From Verrucomicrobiales bacterium (GTDB lineage Bacteria; Verrucomicrobiota; Verrucomicrobiia; Verrucomicrobiales; V1-33): 64,000 bases of DNA. Under the pieces are notes generated by a model that was not told where the DNA came from, did not search any database, and saw nothing but the letters and a program-made list of their open reading frames with translations. The stretch lies in assembly GCA_031411295.1 (NCBI GenBank), contig JANOAV010000083.1:48381-112380 (forward strand), written 5' to 3'. The translations under genes and the position numbers were made by a program. Shown piece by piece: positions 47,804 through 56,700 of the stretch (position 1 is the stretch's first letter; each line of letters starts with the position of its first letter).

Positions 47804-47977
47804 TTAGCGAATGTGCGAGAACGTTTGCGGGTTATGGGAGGTCTTGGTTTTGCGGGTGCCGCGGTCCTCGCGGACATCGCGCGACTGGGAGAAATTGTTA
47901 TCGCGCTTGGGATCCGGTGGATTGGTGGGACCGGGGATCAGTTTGACTTTGGCAGGATTCTTCTTGGGATGGGACAT
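47804..47977 (-). CDS. Small basic hypothetical protein, 57 aa (below ORF-track cut-off)
   Basis: ATG..TAA fills the gap between dps and ADH; A/C-rich leader like neighbours. Confidence 0.55.
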   Translation of the reverse strand: MSHPKKNPAKVKLIPGPTNPPDPKRDNNFSQSRDVREDRGTRKTKTSHNPQTFSHIR

Positions 47978-47998
47978 GGGTTTTGATTGGTTGAAATG

Positions 47999-48544
47999 TT
48001 ACTTTGCGGCCTGGGAGTGGGCTTCCACGAACCAGAGCCATTTATCGATGCCGCGGGAGACTTCAGTGAAGAGATCCGCACTATCGGCATCATCCAGTTC
48101 TGTGGCTTGATTGATGGAGCTGCGGGCACTCTGGCCAAAGGTCGCCAACGCCAGAGCCACGGCTTTGACATGGTCGAGGCCGTCGGAGATGCTGAGAGGA
48201 TACTCCTCCAAGCGGGTGAGCGAGGCGCTCACCCTCAGGGTGCCTTCAGCGGTGCCGCCCAGTTGCACGATGCGTTCGGCAATCAAGTCCACATAGCCCT
48301 CCACGGCCTCGGCTACTTTATCGAAGAGTTCGTGCAGGCTGATGAAGTGTGGACCTTTCACGTTCCAGTGGGCTTGCTTCATTTGGAGTTGCAAGTCCAC
48401 CGCGTCGGCCAGGCGTTGATTCATGAATTTATTGAGTTCCTTGCGACGCTGCTTCGGCAGGTCGTTTTCCGTTTCAAACATCTTGGGGGCAGCCAAGGGT
48501 TCGTCGGTGGAGGTTGCGGGGCGTGATTTTTTGGCAGCGGCCAT
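47999..48544 (-). CDS. dps: Dps DNA starvation/stationary phase protection protein
   Basis: KQAHWNVKGPHFISLHELFD, DLIAERIVQLGG. Confidence 0.95.
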   Translation of the reverse strand: MAAAKKSRPATSTDEPLAAPKMFETENDLPKQRRKELNKFMNQRLADAVDLQLQMKQAHWNVKGPHFISLHELFDKVAEAVEGYVDLIAERIVQLGGTAEGTLRVSASLTRLEEYPLSISDGLDHVKAVALALATFGQSARSSINQATELDDADSADLFTEVSRGIDKWLWFVEAHSQAAK

Positions 48545-48585
48545 GATGGTCGTGGGGTGTTGGTAGTTGGTGATGGCCTGGCAGT

Positions 48586-48735
48586 TTAGAGGCTGCGGCG
48601 GCCGGAAATGAGGTTTACCAGGATCATCACGATAGCGACGACCAGCAGGATGTGAATAAAGCCGCCAATGGTGTAGCTGGTCACAAGACCAAGCAGCCAA
48701 AGGACGATGAGAATGACAGCGACGGTGTATAACAT
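48586..48735 (-). CDS. lmo0937-family small membrane protein, 49 aa (not in ORF track)
   Basis: MLYTVAVILIVLWLLGLVTSYTIGGFIHILLVVAIV. Confidence 0.88.
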   Translation of the reverse strand: MLYTVAVILIVLWLLGLVTSYTIGGFIHILLVVAIVMILVNLISGRRSL

Positions 48736-48769
48736 AATGGTGTTTTTTGGGTTAGGATTAAAGTGAGTT

Positions 48770-49546
48770 TTAAGGAGCGATCGTCATCTCATTGATGACC
48801 ATGATCACGCCGTTGATGTCGGTGGCGAGTTTGGTGACGAGACTGCGTTCAGCGTCGTTTTTGGCGATGCCGCTGACGGTGACTGTCCCGTCTTGGGTAG
48901 CGACATTCGTTTTGACGGAACTGGTGGAAAGGTGCCAGAGCAGCGCTGATTTCACCTGCGCGGTGATGGAGGCATCGTCGATCATATCATCGATCCGCTC
49001 CCCCTGCTGGGCGGGCGTTTTGGCGATGGTCATTTCATTCATGACCTCCTTCACACCATCCACGTCCAGAGCATACTCTGCGCTCAGTTCAGACTGAGCC
49101 AGGCTCGTAGCCTCGCCTCGCAGGGTGACGATTCCTTCCTTGGCGGAAACTTTGGTTTCACGAGCACTAACGTTGCGGTGAAACAGCAGGACCGATTTCA
49201 CTTTGATGGCGAGCCAGCCGTCCGAGCGCTCTCTTGGGCTGTCCTCCTTGGTTCTGAGTTGATTGTCCACCCTGACAACATCTGGCAGGCTGGCGATGGT
49301 GGCTTGAGCCAGTTGGGAATTTGCCTGAGTTTCGACCATGCCCGTCAGGGTGACCACGCCATCCAGTGATTTAGCTAGAATTTGATCATGGCTGAGGAAG
49401 GTCTTGAAAACGTAGGACGATTGGGCGGCGGATTCAATGCGATCATCTGTGGCGGAGGCGCGTAGCAAAGGAGGCAGTCCCAGCAAGATCGCTATCGTAA
49501 GTGGTCCGATCAGGCGAGAGGGAGCGGGTGCGATGGTTGATTTCAT
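48770..49546 (-). CDS. Triple-BON (OsmY-like) periplasmic protein
   Basis: Signal peptide; DGVVTLTG, EGIVTLRG, DGTVTVSG; DDASITAQVK. Confidence 0.9.
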   Translation of the reverse strand: MKSTIAPAPSRLIGPLTIAILLGLPPLLRASATDDRIESAAQSSYVFKTFLSHDQILAKSLDGVVTLTGMVETQANSQLAQATIASLPDVVRVDNQLRTKEDSPRERSDGWLAIKVKSVLLFHRNVSARETKVSAKEGIVTLRGEATSLAQSELSAEYALDVDGVKEVMNEMTIAKTPAQQGERIDDMIDDASITAQVKSALLWHLSTSSVKTNVATQDGTVTVSGIAKNDAERSLVTKLATDINGVIMVINEMTIAP

Positions 49547-49581
49547 ATTCCGCACTTTAGTCTGAAGCTGCCGCGCCAGCC

Positions 49582-49595
49582 ATGGGGTCTAACCC
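49582..49595 (-). promoter_or_regulatory. Regulon box GGGTTAGACCCCAT; putative -10 TAAAGT at 49559-49554
   Basis: Upstream of the BON-dps-ADH operon; 22 nt spacing. Confidence 0.78.
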
Positions 49596-49855
49596 TACTC
49601 AAAATCACATCGCAGCAAAAGCTGGTCGCAGGCAAAGGGCCGCCGATGCAGCACCCACAGGGACAACAAGCCAAAGCGCGGGATGGTCACATTTCGGAAC
49701 TATTGCGCGGTTGTGCGGAATCCATGCGCAGCAGAAATGACGATACCGTAATCCCACCATTCTGTTACGGCTCATGCAACGCAAGCCAACGCGCTGCTAT
49801 TATAGTGAGGAGCGGGAGCCTAATCCCAGCTCACTTCCCCCTAAATTGAATCCAT

Positions 49856-52126
49856 ATGAAATCCGTTCCCCTAATGTTGATTTCCGCCCTGGTTCCGTTC
49901 CTCGTCGGCCCGCTGCGCTGTTACGCTGGCAATGGCCAATGGACGCTCACCGCATGGAATAATCTGGGCATGCACTGCATGGACGATGACTACTCCGTGT
50001 TCTCGATTCTCCCGCCCTTCAACACCGTAGATGCGCAATTGATCGATCAGAATGGCAAACTCGTCATCAACCCTGCTGCAGCTGGCATTTCCTTAACCTA
50101 TGAGGCCTTGGCAGATCCGGATGGTTCCATCAACCGCACCTCCGCTGGGAAGACGAATTTCTGGCAGTATGTCAATGCGACCTTTGGGGCCAATTTGGCG
50201 GCGGATTCGGGCCTGGGTGGCAAGGCCATGCCCGGGATGACGAACACGCCGCAACTGATGACATGGGACGCCAACATGAGGTGGTTCGAAGGACTCGGCA
50301 TTCCGATCACACCCATCGACGATGCGGGGCACGCCAATCCCTATGCGCTGATGCGCCTCACGGCCAAAACCGCGGGCGGCACGGTGCTGGCCAAGGCCGA
50401 TGTCGTGTTGCCAGTGTCCGGTGAAATGAATTGCCGCGCCTGTCATGCTTCCGGTGCCGGTCCGGCGGCTCGCCCCCTTGCTGGCTGGGTAAATGAGCCT
50501 AACGATAAGCGGGACAATCGCTTAAACATCCTGCGGCTGCACGATGAACATCACGCTGGCAGCGCCTTATACCAGGCCTCCCTGGCTGCCAATGGCTACT
50601 CCGCCGCTGGCTTGTATGACAGTGCCGTGAATCACGCGACACCTGCGCTCTGTGCCAAATGTCACTCTTCTGAGGCGTTGGGCACCGGTGGTTATCCGGG
50701 CGTAGCACCACTGACGCGATCCATGCACTCCAAGCATTCCGCAGTGATTAATCCCACGAATAGCCTTCCTTTAAACTCATCGCAGAGCCGTAACTCCTGC
50801 TACCAATGCCACCCCGGCTCCGCCACCAAATGCCTGCGTGGAGCCATGGGCAGTTCCGTGGCGACGGATGGCACCATGGCCATGCAATGTCAAAGTTGCC
50901 ACGGTGGCATGAGCGATGTTGGTGCGAGCACGCGCACTGGCTGGCTTAATGAACCAACCTGCCAGTCGTGCCATAGTGGCGATGCCGTTAGCAATGCGGG
51001 TTTGATCCGCTTTGTAAATTCCTTCGACACCCCAGGCCACATGCGCCAACCCACCAACGCGCGCTTCGCGACGAACACCGATACTCCAGCAGCTGGGTTG
51101 TCGCTATTTCGCTTCTCTAAGGGCCATGGCAATCTGCAATGCTCCGCCTGCCATGGCTCCACCCACGCTGAATTTCCGTCCTCCCATCGCAACGATAACC
51201 TCAGCAGCGTGGCCGCGCAGGGCCACGTGGGCGTGCTAGCCGAATGCACCGCGTGCCACACTTCCATGCCCAGCACCATCAATGGGGGGCCGCATGGCAT
51301 GCACCCTACGGGCACTTCATGGGCCAAAAATCACGCAGACTCCGCCCGTTCGGTAGGACTGGCAGAATGTCAGAAATGCCACGGCCTCGACTACCGAGGA
51401 ACGGTGTTATCGCGCGCGTTTGGGGATCGTGCCCTCACTACGAAATTTGGCACCCTGAATTTGCAACGCGGCGTGGAGGTCGGCTGCTACGAATGTCACA
51501 ACGGCACGAACAGCAGTAACGCCACCACCCATCAACGCCCCACCGTCACTGCCCTAGCCAAGTGGCTGGCGGATACGGTGCCGTCAAATTTCACCCTGCC
51601 CGCCGGCGGCACCACGCCGATCGTCCGCGTTGTGCAGCAGCCACAGCATGGATCCGTTGGCATCAGTGGCACCACTGCCACCTATTTCCCTGACCTTGGA
51701 TACAAAGGCCCAGATTCCTTCACCTGGACTGCCAGCGATGCTCTGAGCTATCGCGAAGCGCTGCCTGCTTATGCCTCCCTCACCATCGGATTCCCCACGC
51801 CCAATCAGGACAGCGATGGCGATGGCATCAGTGACCTCCTCGAATACGCGCTGGGCTTGGATGCCTCCATGCCTTCCCCTGCAATCTGGCCGAAACACAC
51901 CTTCGATGCGGTGAGCGGACTGCACTACCAAACCCTCAGTTATCCGCTCGGTCCCATCCGTCCACCAGACGTAACGACCGCGTTTGAAGTCACAGGCGAC
52001 TTGCAATCGTGGACTGCGGCATCGCCCATCCCCACCTTGAGCGAACTCAAGGCTCGGGATACCGTCAGCAGCGATTCTGCCGCCCATCGTTACATCCGTC
52101 TGAAAGTCACCCGTCCGACTCCCTAA
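49856..52126 (+). CDS. Secreted multihaem cytochrome c (9 CxxCH) with Ig-like and C-terminal domain
   Basis: CRACH, CAKCH, CYQCH, CQSCH x2, CSACH, CTACH, CQKCH, CYECH; NNLGMHC; DSDGDG. Confidence 0.9.
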   Translation: MKSVPLMLISALVPFLVGPLRCYAGNGQWTLTAWNNLGMHCMDDDYSVFSILPPFNTVDAQLIDQNGKLVINPAAAGISLTYEALADPDGSINRTSAGKTNFWQYVNATFGANLAADSGLGGKAMPGMTNTPQLMTWDANMRWFEGLGIPITPIDDAGHANPYALMRLTAKTAGGTVLAKADVVLPVSGEMNCRACHASGAGPAARPLAGWVNEPNDKRDNRLNILRLHDEHHAGSALYQASLAANGYSAAGLYDSAVNHATPALCAKCHSSEALGTGGYPGVAPLTRSMHSKHSAVINPTNSLPLNSSQSRNSCYQCHPGSATKCLRGAMGSSVATDGTMAMQCQSCHGGMSDVGASTRTGWLNEPTCQSCHSGDAVSNAGLIRFVNSFDTPGHMRQPTNARFATNTDTPAAGLSLFRFSKGHGNLQCSACHGSTHAEFPSSHRNDNLSSVAAQGHVGVLAECTACHTSMPSTINGGPHGMHPTGTSWAKNHADSARSVGLAECQKCHGLDYRGTVLSRAFGDRALTTKFGTLNLQRGVEVGCYECHNGTNSSNATTHQRPTVTALAKWLADTVPSNFTLPAGGTTPIVRVVQQPQHGSVGISGTTATYFPDLGYKGPDSFTWTASDALSYREALPAYASLTIGFPTPNQDSDGDGISDLLEYALGLDASMPSPAIWPKHTFDAVSGLHYQTLSYPLGPIRPPDVTTAFEVTGDLQSWTAASPIPTLSELKARDTVSSDSAAHRYIRLKVTRPTP

Positions 52127-52226
52127 AACCGACCCGTCCGCAGCCCCTCCCGTCGTGACACATCGCATATTCATGCCGCACAAATTTCCTTGGAGCCACT
52201 GCTGCCCGCCAGTATAACTGAGGCCA

Positions 52227-53693
52227 ATGAACTGTAATGACCATCAATTTCGCTCGGCTGATCCGGCTTTGCGCGCCGCGCTGACCCGACGCACCTTCCT
52301 GCAACGCAGCGCAGGCGGCCTGGGCCTGGGGGCGCTAAGTTCCCTACTGGGAAATGGCACTGCGGCTGCCGCTACCGCGTTGCCGGGACTGCCACATTTT
52401 GCCGCCAAGGCGAAACGGATCATTTACCTCTTCCAATCCGGGGCTCCGTCGCAGATGGATCTCTTTGATCCCAAGCCCCAAATGGCTGCGCATCGGGCGG
52501 AGGACCTGCCGGCCTCCATTCGCATGGGCCAGCGGTTGACGACGATGACCTCGGGACAGTCGAAATTTCCCGTGGCTCCCAGCATTTTCAAATTTGCCCA
52601 ACATGGGAAGAGTGGCGCTTGGTTGAGCGAGTTAATGCCTAACATCGCGAAAGTGGCGGATGATCTTTGCATCGTTCGCTCCATGTTCACCGAGCAGATC
52701 AATCATGACCCCGCCATTACCTTTTCCCAAACCGGACATCAGTTGGCGGGTCGGCCCAGCATTGGTTCCTGGGTGGGCTATGGCCTGGGCAGTGAGAATG
52801 CAAATCTGCCCGCTTACATCGTGCTGACTTCGTTCGGCAGCGGGCGTCCCGACGATCAACCACTCTATGATCGACTCTGGAGCGCTGGCTTTCTGCCGTC
52901 GAAACACCAAGGCGTGAAGTTTCGCAACAAAGGCGATGCCGTGCTTTATTTGTCGAACCCACCGGGCGTCGATCCTGCCACCCGTAGGGGCACGTTGGAT
53001 GATCTTGCCACGCTGAACGGTCAACACCATGCGGCCTTGGGCGATCCAGAGATTCAGACTCGCATCGCGCAGTATGAAATGGCGTTCAAGATGCAGTCCA
53101 GCGTTCCTGAATTACTGGATCTCTCCAAGGAACCGCAGCACGTCCTCGATCTTTACGGCCCCGACGTAAAGCGCCCCGGCAGTTATGCCTCGAACTGTCT
53201 GCTCGCCCGTCGCCTGGCAGAACGGGATGTGCGCTTTGTCCAACTGTTCCACATGGGATGGGATCATCATGGCAACCTGCCCAAGGCCCTCCGCGGTCAG
53301 TGCATGGACACCGACCAAGCCACCGCCGCGCTTATCACAGACTTGAAACAACGGGATCTCCTGAAGGACACGCTGATTGTTTGGGGTGGCGAATTCGGTC
53401 GCACGATCTACTCCCAAGGTGCCCTGACCGAAGATAATTACGGCCGGGATCATCACCCCAAATGTTTCAGTATCTTCCTCGCTGGAGCTGGAATCAAGGC
53501 TGGCCAAACGTATGGGGCCACGGATGACTTCTGTTATAACATCACGGAGAACCCAGTCCATGTGCACGATCTCAATGCCACCATCATGCAATTGCTGGGC
53601 ATCGACCACACCCGGCTAACCTACCGCCACCAGGGCCGAGATTTCCGGCTCACGGACATTCACGGTAATGTTATCAAAGACCTGCTGGCGTAG
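52227..53693 (+). CDS. DUF1501 protein with Tat-like signal
   Basis: TRRTFL, GAPSQMDLFDPKP, WDHH, WGGEFGRT, GRDHH. Confidence 0.92.
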   Translation: MNCNDHQFRSADPALRAALTRRTFLQRSAGGLGLGALSSLLGNGTAAAATALPGLPHFAAKAKRIIYLFQSGAPSQMDLFDPKPQMAAHRAEDLPASIRMGQRLTTMTSGQSKFPVAPSIFKFAQHGKSGAWLSELMPNIAKVADDLCIVRSMFTEQINHDPAITFSQTGHQLAGRPSIGSWVGYGLGSENANLPAYIVLTSFGSGRPDDQPLYDRLWSAGFLPSKHQGVKFRNKGDAVLYLSNPPGVDPATRRGTLDDLATLNGQHHAALGDPEIQTRIAQYEMAFKMQSSVPELLDLSKEPQHVLDLYGPDVKRPGSYASNCLLARRLAERDVRFVQLFHMGWDHHGNLPKALRGQCMDTDQATAALITDLKQRDLLKDTLIVWGGEFGRTIYSQGALTEDNYGRDHHPKCFSIFLAGAGIKAGQTYGATDDFCYNITENPVHVHDLNATIMQLLGIDHTRLTYRHQGRDFRLTDIHGNVIKDLLA

Positions 53694-53709
53694 AGCGCCC
53701 TCGCTCCCG

Positions 53710-56700
53710 CTACGGTTTGGTGAGCTTGATCCTGATAAACCGTTTCGTGCTCGCAGCTTGCGCGGAACGCCAGACTTCAGTGACAGTGCCATCCCCATGG
53801 TTGATCTGTTGGAGGCGAATCGCATCCGCCAGCCAGTTGATTAGATCAGCACTCGTTTCCACCACATACGTCACATCATCAGTGGCCAACTTACGAACGA
53901 AGCTGATGGTCAGCATGTCGTTCTCGACGGCTAGCGGCGTGGTGGCAGATGCGTTGGGTGCGGTATCGCTGGTGCCAAGGAAGTGCTCGACGAGAGCCGT
54001 CAATCCATCACGATCTGCATCTGCCAAGGCGTCTCCCGTAAATGGCATCGCGCTGTCGCTGGAACCTGGATTTCCTCCGAGCGCGACGCTGGGTCGCCAA
54101 CTGCTGGGATCATTCGCAACGCTGCCTGGATTCATCCGCACGAGGCTGTAGCCAGAACCATCCGCACTCGTCGGCCATGGTTCGGCCTCCTCATAGGAGA
54201 CACGTTCAATTTCCTGATTATTGCGATCCACCAATACGATGGTGTCAGCGGTATTGTTCAACGCTCCGGTCCAGACTCCAGCCACGACGGGAGCAGCGCC
54301 ATACGCAGCAAGGAATGCCGCCGCGTCCTCCACGATGAGGATGCGCGCGCCAGGCTCCAACACCACGTTTCCAAAACTAAAGACAACCGCATTCGTCAAA
54401 TGGACACCAGTTAGGTCGAGGCGCACCGTGGATCGATTCAGCAACTCGATAAACTCGGTCGCATCCGTCGGTCCGGGAGAATTGTAATGAATTTCGGAGA
54501 TCGCGAGATTACCTACCGCAGCAGGAATGGCACCGATGGTAAAGGCCGTTTCGGTGAGTGCGCTCCACTCCCCGGTGCTGGTGAGTCTGGCACGGGCCTT
54601 CAGCGTCACTAACGTGCCATTCAAAACCACGGGCGTGCTGTAAGCCAAGGCCGTGGGCTCCATCGGGTCCGAGCCATCAACGGTATAGGTAACGGTGGTG
54701 GCCGCTGGTGCAGTGATGGTCACGCCGGTTCCAGCAGGAACAATTCCTCCAGCCACAGAAAACGCGGGAGCATCCAATGAGGGATAGAGCCCGCGCGCGC
54801 GCAATTGAGTTATCAGCGTGGTTCGACGCGGAGTGATGAAACTCGTTTCCACCGCACTGACCGCCGCACTCCAGTCCGCCACCGTGCGCGGAGTGGCACT
54901 CTTGGCATCGCCCCAGCGGGCGGATTCCGCCAAGATGGCCCCGGACACTTGTGCCGCAATTTCCCGCCAGCGAGCGATCGCCACTGATGGGTCCAGCGCC
55001 CCGCCATTGAAGAGATGTTTCTGGGCCCGATCAGCAAAGCGCAGTTTGTATTTCGGGCTCGTCATTAATTGCTGAGAGAGCCAGCGCGGATTGAAATAGG
55101 AAAGCGTATTGCCCACCGCGTTCGCCCCGGAAACATTGACATTGGGATCGGCGGCACGCATGCAACTCTCGGAATCGTGCGTTAGGAATTGGAAACCAAA
55201 ACGCCCATCGCGCGGACGAATCACATAGAAATTCTTCGGCACTCCAACCCCAATATTGATCGGAGCATCATCATCACCGGCATAGAATCGGAGTAAGTTG
55301 TAGTCGATGAGATTATCCACATCCAGCAACTGCGGGCCGCCTGTGAGTTGGCCTGCAGCATTCCGGCCTTGCACCGCAAAATACGCCGCATCCGTGGCGA
55401 AGCCTGCGGTGGCGGCATTGAAGAGTTGGGTCCACGCCACCGCATCGCCATCCGCCGCTTCGACGCGATGCGGGATGACATAAGTCTTCATCACATCGTA
55501 GTCCGCCGCACTACCGCCAAAATACGTGGCCGCAAAACTCGCGTCCGCCCGCTCCTGGGTGCCATAGATCCCCCAGTAAACCCCATTTAAATAAAGGTGA
55601 TAGTAACGACTGCGGGTGTAAGGCTGGCCCATGGCTCCGTGCGTGGCGCGATTCCATTCGTCCCTGGTGTAAGTGGCAGCCGTGGAACCGTCCTTCCCCC
55701 ACCCCATAACTTGAGCGGTGCGCAGGTCGATACGATCAAACGAATCTGCTCCTTCATCGCCAAATAACGGATAGTTTAACTTGGCGGCACCATACTCGCC
55801 CCGGAAGTAGAGATGGAAATTATGTTTCGGCACCGTGCCCTCCCGACTGGCTCCGCCTCGGATGCGAAGGCCAGCGTTGATGTGGAATCCGGGTGTGGCG
55901 TTGGGATTCACCAACTCCACGGACGCAGGACATTCGTAATAATCTTCCCGCCCGTAGGGATTGACATAGATGCCCGTGGCTGGATCCACCAAGTTAGGTA
56001 AATCAGTAACAATTGAGAGCGTCGGAATGGCCGTGAGCGCATCCTTCATCGCCTGCGCGGTCACGGTGGACGTAATGTCGGGATCCATGCCGTAGTCCAG
56101 CACCTGACCATTGACCTTCCCCGTGGGCCAGCCAGCAGGGTTCCCTTGGGAACGAATGTCTTCAGGGAAAAAATAACTCTGGGTATCCGGGCCGTTCGGT
56201 GCCAAGCCGGGCGCGAAGGCAGAGAGACGCAGCATGGTCGTGCTAGTGAGATTTAATGCTAGCGGATCGGCGGCTTGGGTTCCATTGGTGAAGGATGGCG
56301 TGGAGCCGTTGGTGGTATAAACCAAGGTGGCACCGGGCGTGGCGCAGGTCACATTCACGATCTGCGGCGTGGTGTAGAAGCCGCGGCGGATGGAAAAGAT
56401 CGGGTCGGCCACGAAACCCGCATAACCAACCGCATCGTTCGGTGCTCCCGGCGTGGGATTCAGGAGATAACCGCGTGGGGTGTAGTTGCCGTAAACGCCG
56501 TAGCTATGATCCGCACGCTGGGCAGGATAATTTAGATAGGAAGAAATCACCACCCCCGCAGCGTTGGCCAACGTTATCGCTCCGCCAGCACGGTTGTTCA
56601 GTTTGAAATTTGTATGCAGTGGATTGATGGTGCGATTCTTTTCGGATGCGAAGACCACCAGAAAGGCTTTGGGGGCCAGCAGGGTGCCTGCGGGTAGCGC

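Noticed and set aside
3785..49595. Box as CRISPR repeat, IS end or recombination site
   Set aside because: Dispersed, variable centre, oriented with downstream genes; no cas, transposase or recombinase seen
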